A DNA stretch of 64,000 nt, taken from a phage. Of the stretch, positions 39,026 to 48,085 are shown piece by piece (the first letter of the stretch is position 1; each line of letters begins with the position of its first letter). Location of the stretch: the sequence record PZ445498.1; one strand, given 5' to 3'. Position numbers and translations under genes: made by a program. The notes under the pieces were generated by a model, which was given only the letters and a program-made list of their open reading frames with translations, searched no databases and was not told where the DNA came from.

Positions 39026-39317
39026 TGAGTTCTTCAGCTCGTTTCTGTACTTCATGCAAGACCTCTGATTCACTGAGGATTTGCGTAAAAGCGTAGAATA
39101 GCTGTGATGTAGTTTCTAGGGTATAAGGAAAAGAGAAGCCGGATTTCGTTGGAAACCACTCTCCAGTAATATCTTGGAGCCAGTAACGAATTCCCATGTA
39201 TAGATTCCCACGAAATTCAGATACGGTTAGTCTTACTTGTTCCCCCTCCTTCTCCCAAAGCATGATGGACTGGTCGTCAACGTGTCCTTCATAGTTTTGA
39301 TTTACTTGATCGCTCAT
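39009..39317 (-). CDS. hypothetical protein
   Basis: 102-aa ORF. Confidence 0.4.
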   Translation of the reverse strand: MSDQVNQNYEGHVDDQSIMLWEKEGEQVRLTVSEFRGNLYMGIRYWLQDITGEWFPTKSGFSFPYTLETTSQLFYAFTQILSESEVLHEVQKRAEELKAKNA

Positions 39318-39332
39318 TTACATATCCCAAAT

Positions 39333-39358
39333 ACACAAAAAGCCCCATATAGGGGCTA
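39333..39358 (-). terminator. intrinsic terminator
   Basis: AGCCCC-ATATA-GGGGCT hairpin with T-run on the minus strand. Confidence 0.6.
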
Positions 39359-39367
39359 ATTGGTTTC

Positions 39368-39664
39368 TTATCGGCCTACTGGAGAAGCACGATCTAACTC
39401 TGACTGGAGGCTCGTCACACGGCGAACTTTCGCAACAGGAATGAAACGGAAGCTATCATTAGTACGAGAGAAAACGAGGATTTCATCCTCTTTCGGCTTA
39501 CGGATGCGCTCACGTTTAATACGCTCAGCCAGGTATTTATCCTGAGCTGGATCAAATTCCATCGTACCCTGAAGGTACGTGGTTCCTTTCTGACGAAGTT
39601 TTTCGTAATGAAGATAAAACTCACCAAATTTTTCGCATTGAGCAATAATTTCAGCTTTATTCAT
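39368..39664 (-). CDS. hypothetical protein
   Basis: 98-aa ORF. Confidence 0.4.
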   Translation of the reverse strand: MNKAEIIAQCEKFGEFYLHYEKLRQKGTTYLQGTMEFDPAQDKYLAERIKRERIRKPKEDEILVFSRTNDSFRFIPVAKVRRVTSLQSELDRASPVGR

Positions 39665-39700
39665 AACTGTATTCCTTGTGTTGGTGGATTTATCTAAGAA

Positions 39701-40111
39701 TTACTTAGTAATAGCTCTGATAGCTTCTGCCAGATGAGCAGCTGCTTTACCGGTCAGCTTGTCGACGATCGTGTCGTCCAGGAAGTCCGGTGCTAAGCCA
39801 GCATCAGAGAATGCAGAGCGAAGATCGGAGTGAGCCTGAGCTTTGGAAGTACGAGAACCACCAGAAGCTTTTTCTCCAGTAGATGCGCTTGATTTAGAAG
39901 TAGAGCCAGCAGCTTTCTTGATATACAGACCTGCTTTGGTCAGCTTCATACGAAAACCGTTCGGAGTTACACCATTTTCCTGAGCAATTTCGCTAACAAT
40001 TTCCATGCTAACGCCCGGACGCTCATCTTCTGGGAATTGCTCCATACGAGCAACGTAGTCGGAAGACATTTTTTCGAACAGTTCATCAGTCCACTGAGTT
40101 GGAGTAGTCAT
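39701..40111 (-). CDS. hypothetical protein
   Basis: 136-aa ORF downstream of early promoter at 40170-40198. Confidence 0.4.
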   Translation of the reverse strand: MTTPTQWTDELFEKMSSDYVARMEQFPEDERPGVSMEIVSEIAQENGVTPNGFRMKLTKAGLYIKKAAGSTSKSSASTGEKASGGSRTSKAQAHSDLRSAFSDAGLAPDFLDDTIVDKLTGKAAAHLAEAIRAITK

Positions 40112-40169
40112 ATTTTTCGATTTCCTTAATTAAGAATTAAACAGAATAGTTCTTTCAAACTATGAGAAT

Positions 40170-40198
40170 ATTATATCAAGAATTACAGGATTAAGCAA
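40170..40198 (-). promoter_or_regulatory. early sigma70-type promoter (minus strand)
   Basis: Reverse complement TTGCTT-N17-TATAAT. Confidence 0.6.
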
Positions 40199-40215
40199 CT
40201 GAAATTTTTCAGTAG

Positions 40216-40491
40216 TTACTCCACCAGGCCAACAGCAAGCATATCATCAATGCTGGCAATCTCCCAATCGTCGGCAATAGCTTCGCACACTGTTAACGTA
40301 ACAACCTCACTATAGGGATAATTACCAGCTACCCAGATATGTTGGGTAACTACATCTGAGTCAGCGTCTAAAGTTATTAACACTAAGCCATTATTGTCAT
40401 TATCCCAGCTTCTACGATATAGAGTTTTTACTTCCCCATCTTTAAGCAAATCTGTTAATTTACTCACTGCGTCTTCCTTTTTCTTTATCAA
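40216..40491 (-). CDS. hypothetical protein
   Basis: 91-aa ORF. Confidence 0.35.
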   Translation of the reverse strand: MIKKKEDAVSKLTDLLKDGEVKTLYRRSWDNDNNGLVLITLDADSDVVTQHIWVAGNYPYSEVVTLTVCEAIADDWEIASIDDMLAVGLVE

Positions 40492-41164
40492 GTTTCAGGG
40501 CAGCTTTAACAGCTTCATTGACTAATGTGATTACTTCTTCACGGCTATACTTGAATCCTAAAGCCTTAACATCGACTCCCAGCTCTTGAAGGTGTTTTAC
40601 AGAAGCTAACTCGTAATTCATATAGTGAACGTTCTGTTGTTTACCTTCTGATAACAACCAAACACGGTAGCAGCCAACTGGGTTAGTCATTGCTTTCTTG
40701 ATTTCACCAATACACTGATAGCCAGGAACCCAAACAAGTTCACCAACTTCAAATTCTTCCGCCATTGCATCATCTGGAATCAACGGAGGATTCAATGGAT
40801 CAACGATATCGTTAATTCGAAGCAGGGCACCATAACGTTCAAGAACAGATTTAACCATAGCTACGGAACGATAGTTACGATCGGCAATTTCTTCAAAAGA
40901 ATCGCCAGATAAATACTGTTCAATTACGTTTGCAAGCTCAACACCTTCAATCAGTGTTCCGCGCTTCTTCTTTTTCATTTCCGCAACCTGAACCTGACGA
41001 TCTCTCCATTCTTCGATCATTCGTTCCATAGTTGGGTTAGAAGAAACACCGAGCATTTCACATGCTGCTTTCTTAGTACCACCATTCTCCAGATGTTCAA
41101 TGACCTTTTTAAAGGTTTCATCAGGGATTTCATGGATAAGTTTCTTTCTACGAGAACCAGCCAT
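40460..41164 (-). CDS. hypothetical protein with N-terminal helix-turn-helix-like region
   Basis: 234-aa ORF; segment KKAACEMLGVSSNPTMERMIEEW resembles an HTH. Confidence 0.4.
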   Translation of the reverse strand: MAGSRRKKLIHEIPDETFKKVIEHLENGGTKKAACEMLGVSSNPTMERMIEEWRDRQVQVAEMKKKKRGTLIEGVELANVIEQYLSGDSFEEIADRNYRSVAMVKSVLERYGALLRINDIVDPLNPPLIPDDAMAEEFEVGELVWVPGYQCIGEIKKAMTNPVGCYRVWLLSEGKQQNVHYMNYELASVKHLQELGVDVKALGFKYSREEVITLVNEAVKAALKLDKEKGRRSE

Positions 41165-41196
41165 ATTTAAAACTCCTCTCTCAAATTTATGAATCT

Positions 41197-41225
41197 ATTA
41201 TACAGAAAATTTTTGCAAGATGCAA
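41197..41225 (-). promoter_or_regulatory. early sigma70-type promoter (minus strand)
   Basis: Reverse complement TTGCAT-N17-TATAAT followed by AGATTCATAAATTTGAGAGAGGAG. Confidence 0.55.
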
Positions 41226-41233
41226 GTAAATTT

Positions 41234-41467
41234 TTAGGATTCTTTGAGCAAAGAAGCAAGCTCAGCATAGACTTTATCTAACTCAAAGCCAATGCGAAGA
41301 GACACACGAGTCTTCCGTTGTTTAAGTAACCATATGGAGACGTTAGGGATGCCAGCGAGACGAGGTGGTACAACCCTACATAGTTTCTCCGCGGTATCGT
41401 AAACAGAAGTTTTACGTTCTTTTACTGGAAACTTCCTTGTTTCCCACTTTTTATTCTTCACTGTCAT
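41234..41467 (-). CDS. hypothetical protein
   Basis: Start placed at internal ATG (MTVKNKK) preceded by GGGAG. Confidence 0.35.
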   Translation of the reverse strand: MTVKNKKWETRKFPVKERKTSVYDTAEKLCRVVPPRLAGIPNVSIWLLKQRKTRVSLRIGFELDKVYAELASLLKES

Positions 41468-44240
41468 TTCTAGCTCCCAATTCAGCAAGAGCTTCCTCAT
41501 GCATCTGACGTTCTTCATCTGTCATAAACTTAACTGGAATCGGCATACATTCGATCTTACAGTAAGTTCTGTACCAGTCCACAATCTTTTCCGTATCCAG
41601 ATCTTTACCGATACCCATCATGCCAAGATACATACGGGCATATTTTGGGTTAGCGCTCTGACCTGTCTTAAGGAAGAAATCCTTCTTCTTATTCTTAAGA
41701 GCTTCGATAAACGGTTTGATTGTTACATTTGAACACTTCTTGATATCTTCCCAAAACATGTCGTGCATCTTATGGAAGAATGCAGCTCTATCGTTTGGTT
41801 TATCCTTGATATACTGTTCAACGTGTTCCACTGTTACATCTTTAATAGAATCCAGATGATAATAGCGAACCAGAAGTAACTTGGCTTCATAGGCATCTGC
41901 ATGACGTGGTGCGCAATATTCAGGAGTTGAGTACAAAATAGCTTTGATTCGCTCTTCTGTATACTCTTTGCCTGCACCTTCGATAGTTCCCCAGCTTTCA
42001 CTGAAAATATCAATAGTTGCACCCTGATCAAGTAGATAATAACGCAAAGTACTAGTATAGTTTCTAGATTCCAGCTCACGACGACGTGCGTACAGTTGTT
42101 GGGCTAACTCAATCCAACCTTCGTCAATATTATACTGCTCGGAACCGGCAGAAAATCCACTCGTAGATTTATCAATAAAATAATAAATGTTCTGAGCACC
42201 ACGGTCGCGCCTGATTGCTTGAAAACGCATGTTTGGCGCTTGGTTTGAGGTTCTAGTGATTACGAATACGTTATCAAAATAGTTAAAGTCAACACCACTC
42301 GTTACAGATGGACTACATAATAAACAATCAATCTGTTGATCAATTAGCTCATTAGTTGTATAATCCAGAATACGTCGGATATCTACATCAGACGTAGAGT
42401 TTGAGTGAATTTCTTTAACTAACGCACCAGTATTACGACGTAATGCCATTCCCTTCTCATTCAGTTCATCCGGGCCACAGTCAGATACTAGGATTGATTT
42501 CTCCCCCATCTCTAAAGATGTTTGAAGTGCAACCCAAATACTGGATTCATCAGGGAATTCATAAGCATGAGCTTTCGCCAGCATTTTACGGTGGTGATTA
42601 TAAAATGCGACTGGTTTATCAAAATCAATCAAAGAACCATAGGCTTCAATCGTTTCTGCACTGATATCACCATCGGATAAGATAACAGTTTTAGCAGTAA
42701 TAAGGATATCACGAAGAACCTGAATACATTCACGACGGTTTTTAACAACCGGAGCGAATAACAGATCATTCATTACTGCGTCACATTCATCAATAAAGAT
42801 CGTATCAATCTGACCCACAAAGCTCTTGAACTTATGGATAGAGTGAATAGTTGAAGACATACGATCAATGGCACCACGTTTGAAGTTCAGCATATCAACT
42901 GACTTATCATACTGACCAGCACCGAATTTCTTCGCGTTAGAAGATACAAGTGCCCTAGTATTTGTGATTGCAATAAAGTTTCCTGGAAGAACACCTGCAT
43001 CTAGCCACTTAGTTACTGCGGTAGTTTTACCCGTACCAAGACTTGCCTTAACAAATGTTAAATGTCCTTTTGGTGGTACAATGTTAATTTTCAGGTATGG
43101 AACTTCTGGTGGAGAATCTGTGTCTAGACGTTTTAATGGTACACCTTTTAAGTTTGGTGGAATCTCACGTTTGGAGTTATTTACAAAGGCTTTGAGAGCC
43201 TGCTTACGACCGTTATTAAAGTAATCTTGAATATTACGACTATTATCTTTAGTCGTAATATACTCAGATAAAGCTGGTTTAATCTCACGTTCTAACCACG
43301 TAAAGTCAACACCATCTTCTAACGCTCTGTGATAAAGTTTTGGGATAATACGCAGGTACACTCCATCCTCAGCTTCTTCTAGTTCGCTGATGGTTTCTTC
43401 CACTTTATCAGATGCAGCCTTCTTGCCTTTAATTTGATCAAGTAAGGAGTAGAACTCTTCTTTAAACTCACCTCTAGTTGTCTCAAAGTCAACTAGGTTA
43501 TTAGGTAGATTCACCTTCGAACCCTTAACATACACAAGGCGTGGTTTATTCTCCGCTTTAAACGGATCGACTATACCATCATCAAATAAGGGATCTGCGA
43601 AATAGTGAAGCTGAACAGAAGAATAATAAGCTAAGTCAGCAATATCAAAGCCATACTTTTGCTTACTACTGTCATTGATAGATGTAAATAAGAACTTTAA
43701 CTGTCCCTGCGTTACCTTGACATTAGATTCTAGCATTAAGTGCATTCGGATACCTGGTTTTAATCCAGCCGAAGACGATGCATGGGCAATAAACCCTGCA
43801 TCAAGAGGAAACATATCCTCACTAATACTATTCAACATCTTAATAATATGACGTGCCATGCCAACAAGATTAAACTTGTCATAGCCACCAGTATCTACAA
43901 TACCATCCACGTCCATAGCAATAATATGACTAGGATTGGATACGTTAAAGTTTCCCCTGGTACGACGCACATTATCTTTTGGAGCTAAACATTTACCACG
44001 AATAGCTACAATATGCGGGTCTTTGGTAAGACGACGCATGATAGGTAACATTTCAGCAAGGTTTTGCGGGTCAAGTTCTTCAAGTACATCAAATTTGAAG
44101 GGCATGGAAGCTGGTTTACCTTCTGGATGCTCTTTAGAGAATCGCTTTGCAAAGGTGTAATCTTCCACTTTGATCTCTTTCCAGATGCCAGTGGCTTTAT
44201 CTCTGGAAAATCCTGCGTGACCTTGTAGGATTGAGAACAC
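41451..44240 (-). CDS. replication origin-binding-like protein / P-loop NTPase
   Basis: Walker A LGTGKTT and Walker B IFIDECD; start placed at GTG 44240 with AGGAG Shine-Dalgarno rather than the upstream ATG at 44363. Confidence 0.55.
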   Translation of the reverse strand: MFSILQGHAGFSRDKATGIWKEIKVEDYTFAKRFSKEHPEGKPASMPFKFDVLEELDPQNLAEMLPIMRRLTKDPHIVAIRGKCLAPKDNVRRTRGNFNVSNPSHIIAMDVDGIVDTGGYDKFNLVGMARHIIKMLNSISEDMFPLDAGFIAHASSSAGLKPGIRMHLMLESNVKVTQGQLKFLFTSINDSSKQKYGFDIADLAYYSSVQLHYFADPLFDDGIVDPFKAENKPRLVYVKGSKVNLPNNLVDFETTRGEFKEEFYSLLDQIKGKKAASDKVEETISELEEAEDGVYLRIIPKLYHRALEDGVDFTWLEREIKPALSEYITTKDNSRNIQDYFNNGRKQALKAFVNNSKREIPPNLKGVPLKRLDTDSPPEVPYLKINIVPPKGHLTFVKASLGTGKTTAVTKWLDAGVLPGNFIAITNTRALVSSNAKKFGAGQYDKSVDMLNFKRGAIDRMSSTIHSIHKFKSFVGQIDTIFIDECDAVMNDLLFAPVVKNRRECIQVLRDILITAKTVILSDGDISAETIEAYGSLIDFDKPVAFYNHHRKMLAKAHAYEFPDESSIWVALQTSLEMGEKSILVSDCGPDELNEKGMALRRNTGALVKEIHSNSTSDVDIRRILDYTTNELIDQQIDCLLCSPSVTSGVDFNYFDNVFVITRTSNQAPNMRFQAIRRDRGAQNIYYFIDKSTSGFSAGSEQYNIDEGWIELAQQLYARRRELESRNYTSTLRYYLLDQGATIDIFSESWGTIEGAGKEYTEERIKAILYSTPEYCAPRHADAYEAKLLLVRYYHLDSIKDVTVEHVEQYIKDKPNDRAAFFHKMHDMFWEDIKKCSNVTIKPFIEALKNKKKDFFLKTGQSANPKYARMYLGMMGIGKDLDTEKIVDWYRTYCKIECMPIPVKFMTDEERQMHEEALAELGARNDSEE

Positions 44241-44736
44241 AACAATACTCCTATGTTGGTTATTCGGATATCTTTCTTTAGGACTATTCAAAAGAATAGA
44301 ACAACTATTACTACCATTTACACAAACATTAATCATCATCAAGCAGTATGAATAAGTTATCATACCTCAGTGCTGCGCTCTCTTAACTCTTATCCAGATC
44401 AGAACCTAGGTCATTGGCCGCTAAGCCGATTCTGATTGCCCTCACTATCCTATTGGTAGGTGGCTACTGGACGTGTCACCATTCGCTGCTCTTTTCGTTC
44501 GCACCCCCATATAAAGCTCTGCCTATATAACGAGCTAAATATGCACGGTTTGGATTTACCTTTCCGAATTCAGGGTACGCAGATCACTTAATTGATAATT
44601 AACTAATGCAGTATAAACACTAGTAATAGTTAAAACAACCCTTAATGGGGCAGCCTAACTGTTCCGTATTGCGGATTGTAAACAAGAAAAATTAGCAAAA
44701 TCAATTTTTACTAATGTCTCTCAATTCAATATAAAT

Positions 44737-44765
44737 ATTATATCAAGATTTTGAGCATCCTGCAA
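44737..44765 (-). promoter_or_regulatory. early promoter about 490 nt upstream of the origin-binding-like gene
   Basis: Reverse complement TTGCAG-N17-TATAAT followed by ATTTATATTGAATTGAGAGA leader. Confidence 0.55.
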
Positions 44766-44856
44766 GTAAAATTTTTCCGAAGGTGCTATCAGTGTCTTTG
44801 AGCACAGAGAAAACCGAGCCAAAATGACTCGGTAATCAGGATTGGGCTAACGAAAA

Positions 44857-45252
44857 TCAATCATCATTTAGACCTGGGACATAGATCCCAATGCGATTTA
44901 ATTGACCTTTAGCTTCTTCGAGAATATCTTCGGTGTACTCCCAAATATCATCTTCTACTTGCAAAAGATAAGGGGATTCACCAGTTTCGGGGTCACGTGT
45001 AATGGCTAAGCCACGTGAATGGAATATAGAGAAGTTGAGGGCAACAATCAAGCCCATGCTGGACAATTCATTCCAGTCAGCTTCCCAACCATCATCTTCA
45101 TCTTCGTCCACAAATACACCTACACTAGGGTCTGTTACAGAAGTAAACGGAAATGTTACACTAACCTTGTCAACCCCCAACCAACGTGCAAGGAGCCCCT
45201 CAGCACGCTCTACCAAACTAGGATCTATCTGACGCCAAAATACTTGTTCCAT
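44857..45252 (-). CDS. hypothetical protein (tandem paralog A)
   Basis: 131 aa; shares W.EL..MGL..ALN...F....TGE.P......D.W.Y..E.....L.R.G...PGL pattern with the adjacent gene. Confidence 0.45.
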   Translation of the reverse strand: MEQVFWRQIDPSLVERAEGLLARWLGVDKVSVTFPFTSVTDPSVGVFVDEDEDDGWEADWNELSSMGLIVALNFSIFHSRGLAITRDPETGESPYLLQVEDDIWEYTEDILEEAKGQLNRIGIYVPGLNDD

Positions 45253-45261
45253 TCTGCCTCC

Positions 45262-45690
45262 TTAAGCAGTTAAACCTGGGATCATATACCCGAAACGACG
45301 AAGTTTCTGAATCCCCTCATTTACTTCCTCGGGCGAATATGACCAGCCATCACGTTCATTTACCTGGAAAGCAGGAGCTTCACCAGTGCGATAATTTACA
45401 ATAAGACGGTGATTTGCAGGCATAAACAGCTTATGATTCAAGGCAAAAACCAGACCCATTTCATCGAGTTCTTTCCAGTCTACAATCTCTTCTACTCCCT
45501 CCCCTAAATCCACGCTAACTCCAATACACGGAGCTTCCTCTAGCGGGCCTTTAAAGGATAAGAAGATATCGTTATTCTCACACCAAATCTTGAGCAGATT
45601 GATGGTTTCATTATACATACCATTAGGGAGAGAGCGCCAGAAGTTGAGAAGCATAGGATTTACCTCTTTCATGAAAATATTATTGAACAT
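45262..45690 (-). CDS. hypothetical protein (tandem paralog B)
   Basis: 142 aa; paralogous to 44857-45252. Confidence 0.45.
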   Translation of the reverse strand: MFNNIFMKEVNPMLLNFWRSLPNGMYNETINLLKIWCENNDIFLSFKGPLEEAPCIGVSVDLGEGVEEIVDWKELDEMGLVFALNHKLFMPANHRLIVNYRTGEAPAFQVNERDGWSYSPEEVNEGIQKLRRFGYMIPGLTA

Positions 45691-45692
45691 GC

Positions 45693-46232
45693 TTATACCT
45701 TAAGTTTCTGAAGAGCCTTACACATTTCAAGATTTGGACTAAACTCCAGCATATAGCTGATAGCGTTTAAATCTTGAAGGTTTATTCCAGTCCTGCCGTT
45801 TACAATAACAGAAGGAAATTGATACATCATAGCACCAGCATCATCTAGGACACACCAATGCTTGAGCTTATATTTTTCTACAAAACGTAAAACAGAATTA
45901 CCCCGAGATAAACCACCTCCAGTAAAGTCTGTTGTACCAAGAAAACGATCGATCAAACCGAGTCCGGTCATAATCTGAACGTTCTCCATTTCATTTCGTA
46001 CAGAAAACCATGAAGATACCCCAACAATCATTATTGGGGGTGGCTTAAGAAAGTTCTGAAAAGCCTGGAGTAATGGCTTGTAAACCCAATCACCACCAAA
46101 GAATAGCTTCTCACTATCTGGAGCATGATGGTGAGAGATGCTCGAATTGAGCACCCCATCAATATCCAGGAAAATCACAGGAGTATTACTTATTTCCACC
46201 AGTAGCATCCCACGTCCAGACTTTAACTTCAT
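45693..46232 (-). CDS. HAD-superfamily phosphatase-like protein
   Basis: Motif I FLDIDGVLN (DxDG[TV]); start probably at an internal Met. Confidence 0.5.
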   Translation of the reverse strand: MKLKSGRGMLLVEISNTPVIFLDIDGVLNSSISHHHAPDSEKLFFGGDWVYKPLLQAFQNFLKPPPIMIVGVSSWFSVRNEMENVQIMTGLGLIDRFLGTTDFTGGGLSRGNSVLRFVEKYKLKHWCVLDDAGAMMYQFPSVIVNGRTGINLQDLNAISYMLEFSPNLEMCKALQKLKV

Positions 46233-46371
46233 CAGTAAAAGGAACTGGAACCTTCAATTCACCTTTACCCCACATAACAGATAGGAACAGAGAATAAATG
46301 GTAATCATACCGATTAGGTTGACAAACCATACTAGACCTTTCCAGATACCCTTAAAAATCTTCTTCACCAT
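46186..46371 (-). CDS. small membrane protein
   Basis: 61 aa from ATG 46371 with GGAGGGAG Shine-Dalgarno; one hydrophobic helix (LVWFVNLIGMITIYSLFLSVMW). Confidence 0.4.
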   Translation of the reverse strand: MVKKIFKGIWKGLVWFVNLIGMITIYSLFLSVMWGKGELKVPVPFTDEVKVWTWDATGGNK

Positions 46372-46534
46372 ATTCTCCCTCCTTAATAAGGAACTCTTTC
46401 CATTCTGCTGTATCCTCATAGATAACGCAGAAATCATCACTCTTCCATGAGAAGTCATCAGTAGCAAATTCGAAACGGTAGCACCAACTACCATCTGGCC
46501 ATATTAAAAGATCACACATGCTTTTCTGGGACAT
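46352..46534 (-). CDS. small hypothetical protein
   Basis: 60 aa from ATG 46534 with GGAGGGA Shine-Dalgarno. Confidence 0.35.
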   Translation of the reverse strand: MSQKSMCDLLIWPDGSWCYRFEFATDDFSWKSDDFCVIYEDTAEWKEFLIKEGEYGEEDF

Positions 46535-47363
46535 AAATATTTCCCTCCATAAAAGCTTCAACTTGATCAATAAAGTGTTTATTACCAAAAACTTCGGCAG
46601 CTCCAGCACGCCATACAGTAACACCACGTTTCTCATACTCAAGCTGTTCGTCATAACGAACTTGTGGGTTAACAACCATCATCTTAGTTCCACGACATAC
46701 AGCAGGAAATAATTCCCAGTTGAAGTTGATAACTTGGTTACTACAACCCACCACAATAACCATGTCATTGCTAGTAAGAGTATCAAACAGGTTGATTTGA
46801 CCCATGTACCACGGAGCTGTCTCACCAAAGAACACCACGTTTGGTTTTACCCATTCGTAATCTTCAGGGGCAATCGCAGTATACCCAACATCTTCGATGA
46901 TTTGATTGCGACCCTGACGATAGATCACCTCTTTCAAGTACCCGTGAGCGTGAATTATTTCATCACGAGGGATACCAGCACGTTCCAGAAGGTCATCAAC
47001 GTTAGTAGTGAAGTTCTTCACGCTATCCGCACCATAACGCTGGAACCATTCTGCAATTCGCAGATGGGCAATGTTAGGCTCAACAGTCTGTAGTTCCTGA
47101 CGACGCATGTTGTAGAACTCATGAGTCTTGAGATACAGATCGTTACCATCTTCATCAATGCCAGGGAAACGAGCACTGAAGTAGTTAGGATCATCTTCAC
47201 CACAGAAGCGACGGAAGCCAGCTTCAAAGTTAGGCAAGCTACATACTTCCTCTAGATCGTACTCATCCCACAAGGATTTCCCACTAGCAGTATCAGTACG
47301 GAAAGCACGAACACCACTATCTACACTCAAACCTGCACCACTAACAACGATTAGTCTACGCAT
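46512..47363 (-). CDS. Sir2-family (sirtuin-like) NAD-dependent protein, lacking zinc-ribbon cysteines
   Basis: 283 aa; sirtuin motifs GAGLSVDSGVRAFR, TTNVDDLLERAG, HAHG, VVFFGE and VVGCS align with bacterial CobB; no Cys-x2-Cys pairs between HG and VVFFGE. Confidence 0.75.
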   Translation of the reverse strand: MRRLIVVSGAGLSVDSGVRAFRTDTASGKSLWDEYDLEEVCSLPNFEAGFRRFCGEDDPNYFSARFPGIDEDGNDLYLKTHEFYNMRRQELQTVEPNIAHLRIAEWFQRYGADSVKNFTTNVDDLLERAGIPRDEIIHAHGYLKEVIYRQGRNQIIEDVGYTAIAPEDYEWVKPNVVFFGETAPWYMGQINLFDTLTSNDMVIVVGCSNQVINFNWELFPAVCRGTKMMVVNPQVRYDEQLEYEKRGVTVWRAGAAEVFGNKHFIDQVEAFMEGNIYVPEKHV

Positions 47364-47557
47364 TATACGATTCCTTGCTTGAATCCTTCGATGATATTTT
47401 GGAGCAGAATTGCTTCTTCTGGGCGAACCTTCTCTTGCTTAATAAGCATATCCAAACCAGCAATACAGGTAGCTACTCCAGCATTATACCCAGCATTCCA
47501 CTGCTCCATAAGCATATTTTCTAAATTACTTTTTAGATTCTGATTCAAGAAGTCCAT
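47363..47557 (-). CDS. hypothetical protein
   Basis: 64 aa from internal ATG with GGAGGA Shine-Dalgarno. Confidence 0.3.
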   Translation of the reverse strand: MDFLNQNLKSNLENMLMEQWNAGYNAGVATCIAGLDMLIKQEKVRPEEAILLQNIIEGFKQGIV

Positions 47558-47729
47558 AAAGTTTTTCCTCCAATTCCATAATACGATTTTCGTAAGAAGC
47601 ACGCAGCTTCTCGATGGACAAAGCACGAACTGTAACTTCATCTGAATTGATCGCTAGCTGAGCTAGATCTTCTGTTTCCATACGTCCGTTGTAAATTAAG
47701 CGATATTTAAGATGTTTTACGTTTTTCAT
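47526..47729 (-). CDS. hypothetical protein
   Basis: 67-aa ORF. Confidence 0.3.
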   Translation of the reverse strand: MKNVKHLKYRLIYNGRMETEDLAQLAINSDEVTVRALSIEKLRASYENRIMELEEKLYGLLESESKK

Positions 47730-47738
47730 TCTTGTTCC

Positions 47739-48020
47739 TTAGTTCTGTACTGTAAATTCATTCTTATCACAGTGAGCATAATAATACCCATACATACGAT
47801 AAATTTTCACAGCCTTAGTAGACCCCTTCGATTCTTCATAATCAATCCAGAGCCACTTGTCTTTACCTACATAATGTACCCGAAACTTCTTAACTTTCTT
47901 ATCATTCCATGTTGCAACAACACGACGATAATCAAATCCGCCCAACCAATCTAGAGCCTTACGTTCTTCACTAGGCTCTCCAAGATAGGAAACATCTACT
48001 TTCGGAAGCAATTCGCTCAT
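47739..48020 (-). CDS. hypothetical protein
   Basis: 93-aa ORF downstream of promoter 48049-48077. Confidence 0.4.
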   Translation of the reverse strand: MSELLPKVDVSYLGEPSEERKALDWLGGFDYRRVVATWNDKKVKKFRVHYVGKDKWLWIDYEESKGSTKAVKIYRMYGYYYAHCDKNEFTVQN

Positions 48021-48048
48021 AGCTTTCTCCTCTCAAATTTATAAATCA

Positions 48049-48077
48049 ATTATACATAAGTTTTAGCTCGAAAGCAA
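48049..48077 (-). promoter_or_regulatory. early sigma70-type promoter (minus strand)
   Basis: Reverse complement TTGCTT-N17-TATAAT followed by TGATTTATAAATTTGAGAGGAG. Confidence 0.65.
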
Positions 48078-48085
48078 ATAAAATA

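Noticed and set aside
44241-44363. Upstream ATG (44363) as start of the origin-binding-like gene
   Set aside because: Spacing to its GAGG is too short and the added 41 residues are hydrophobic and low-complexity; GTG 44240 has AGGAG at 7-nt spacing. Either way a long untranslated leader remains.
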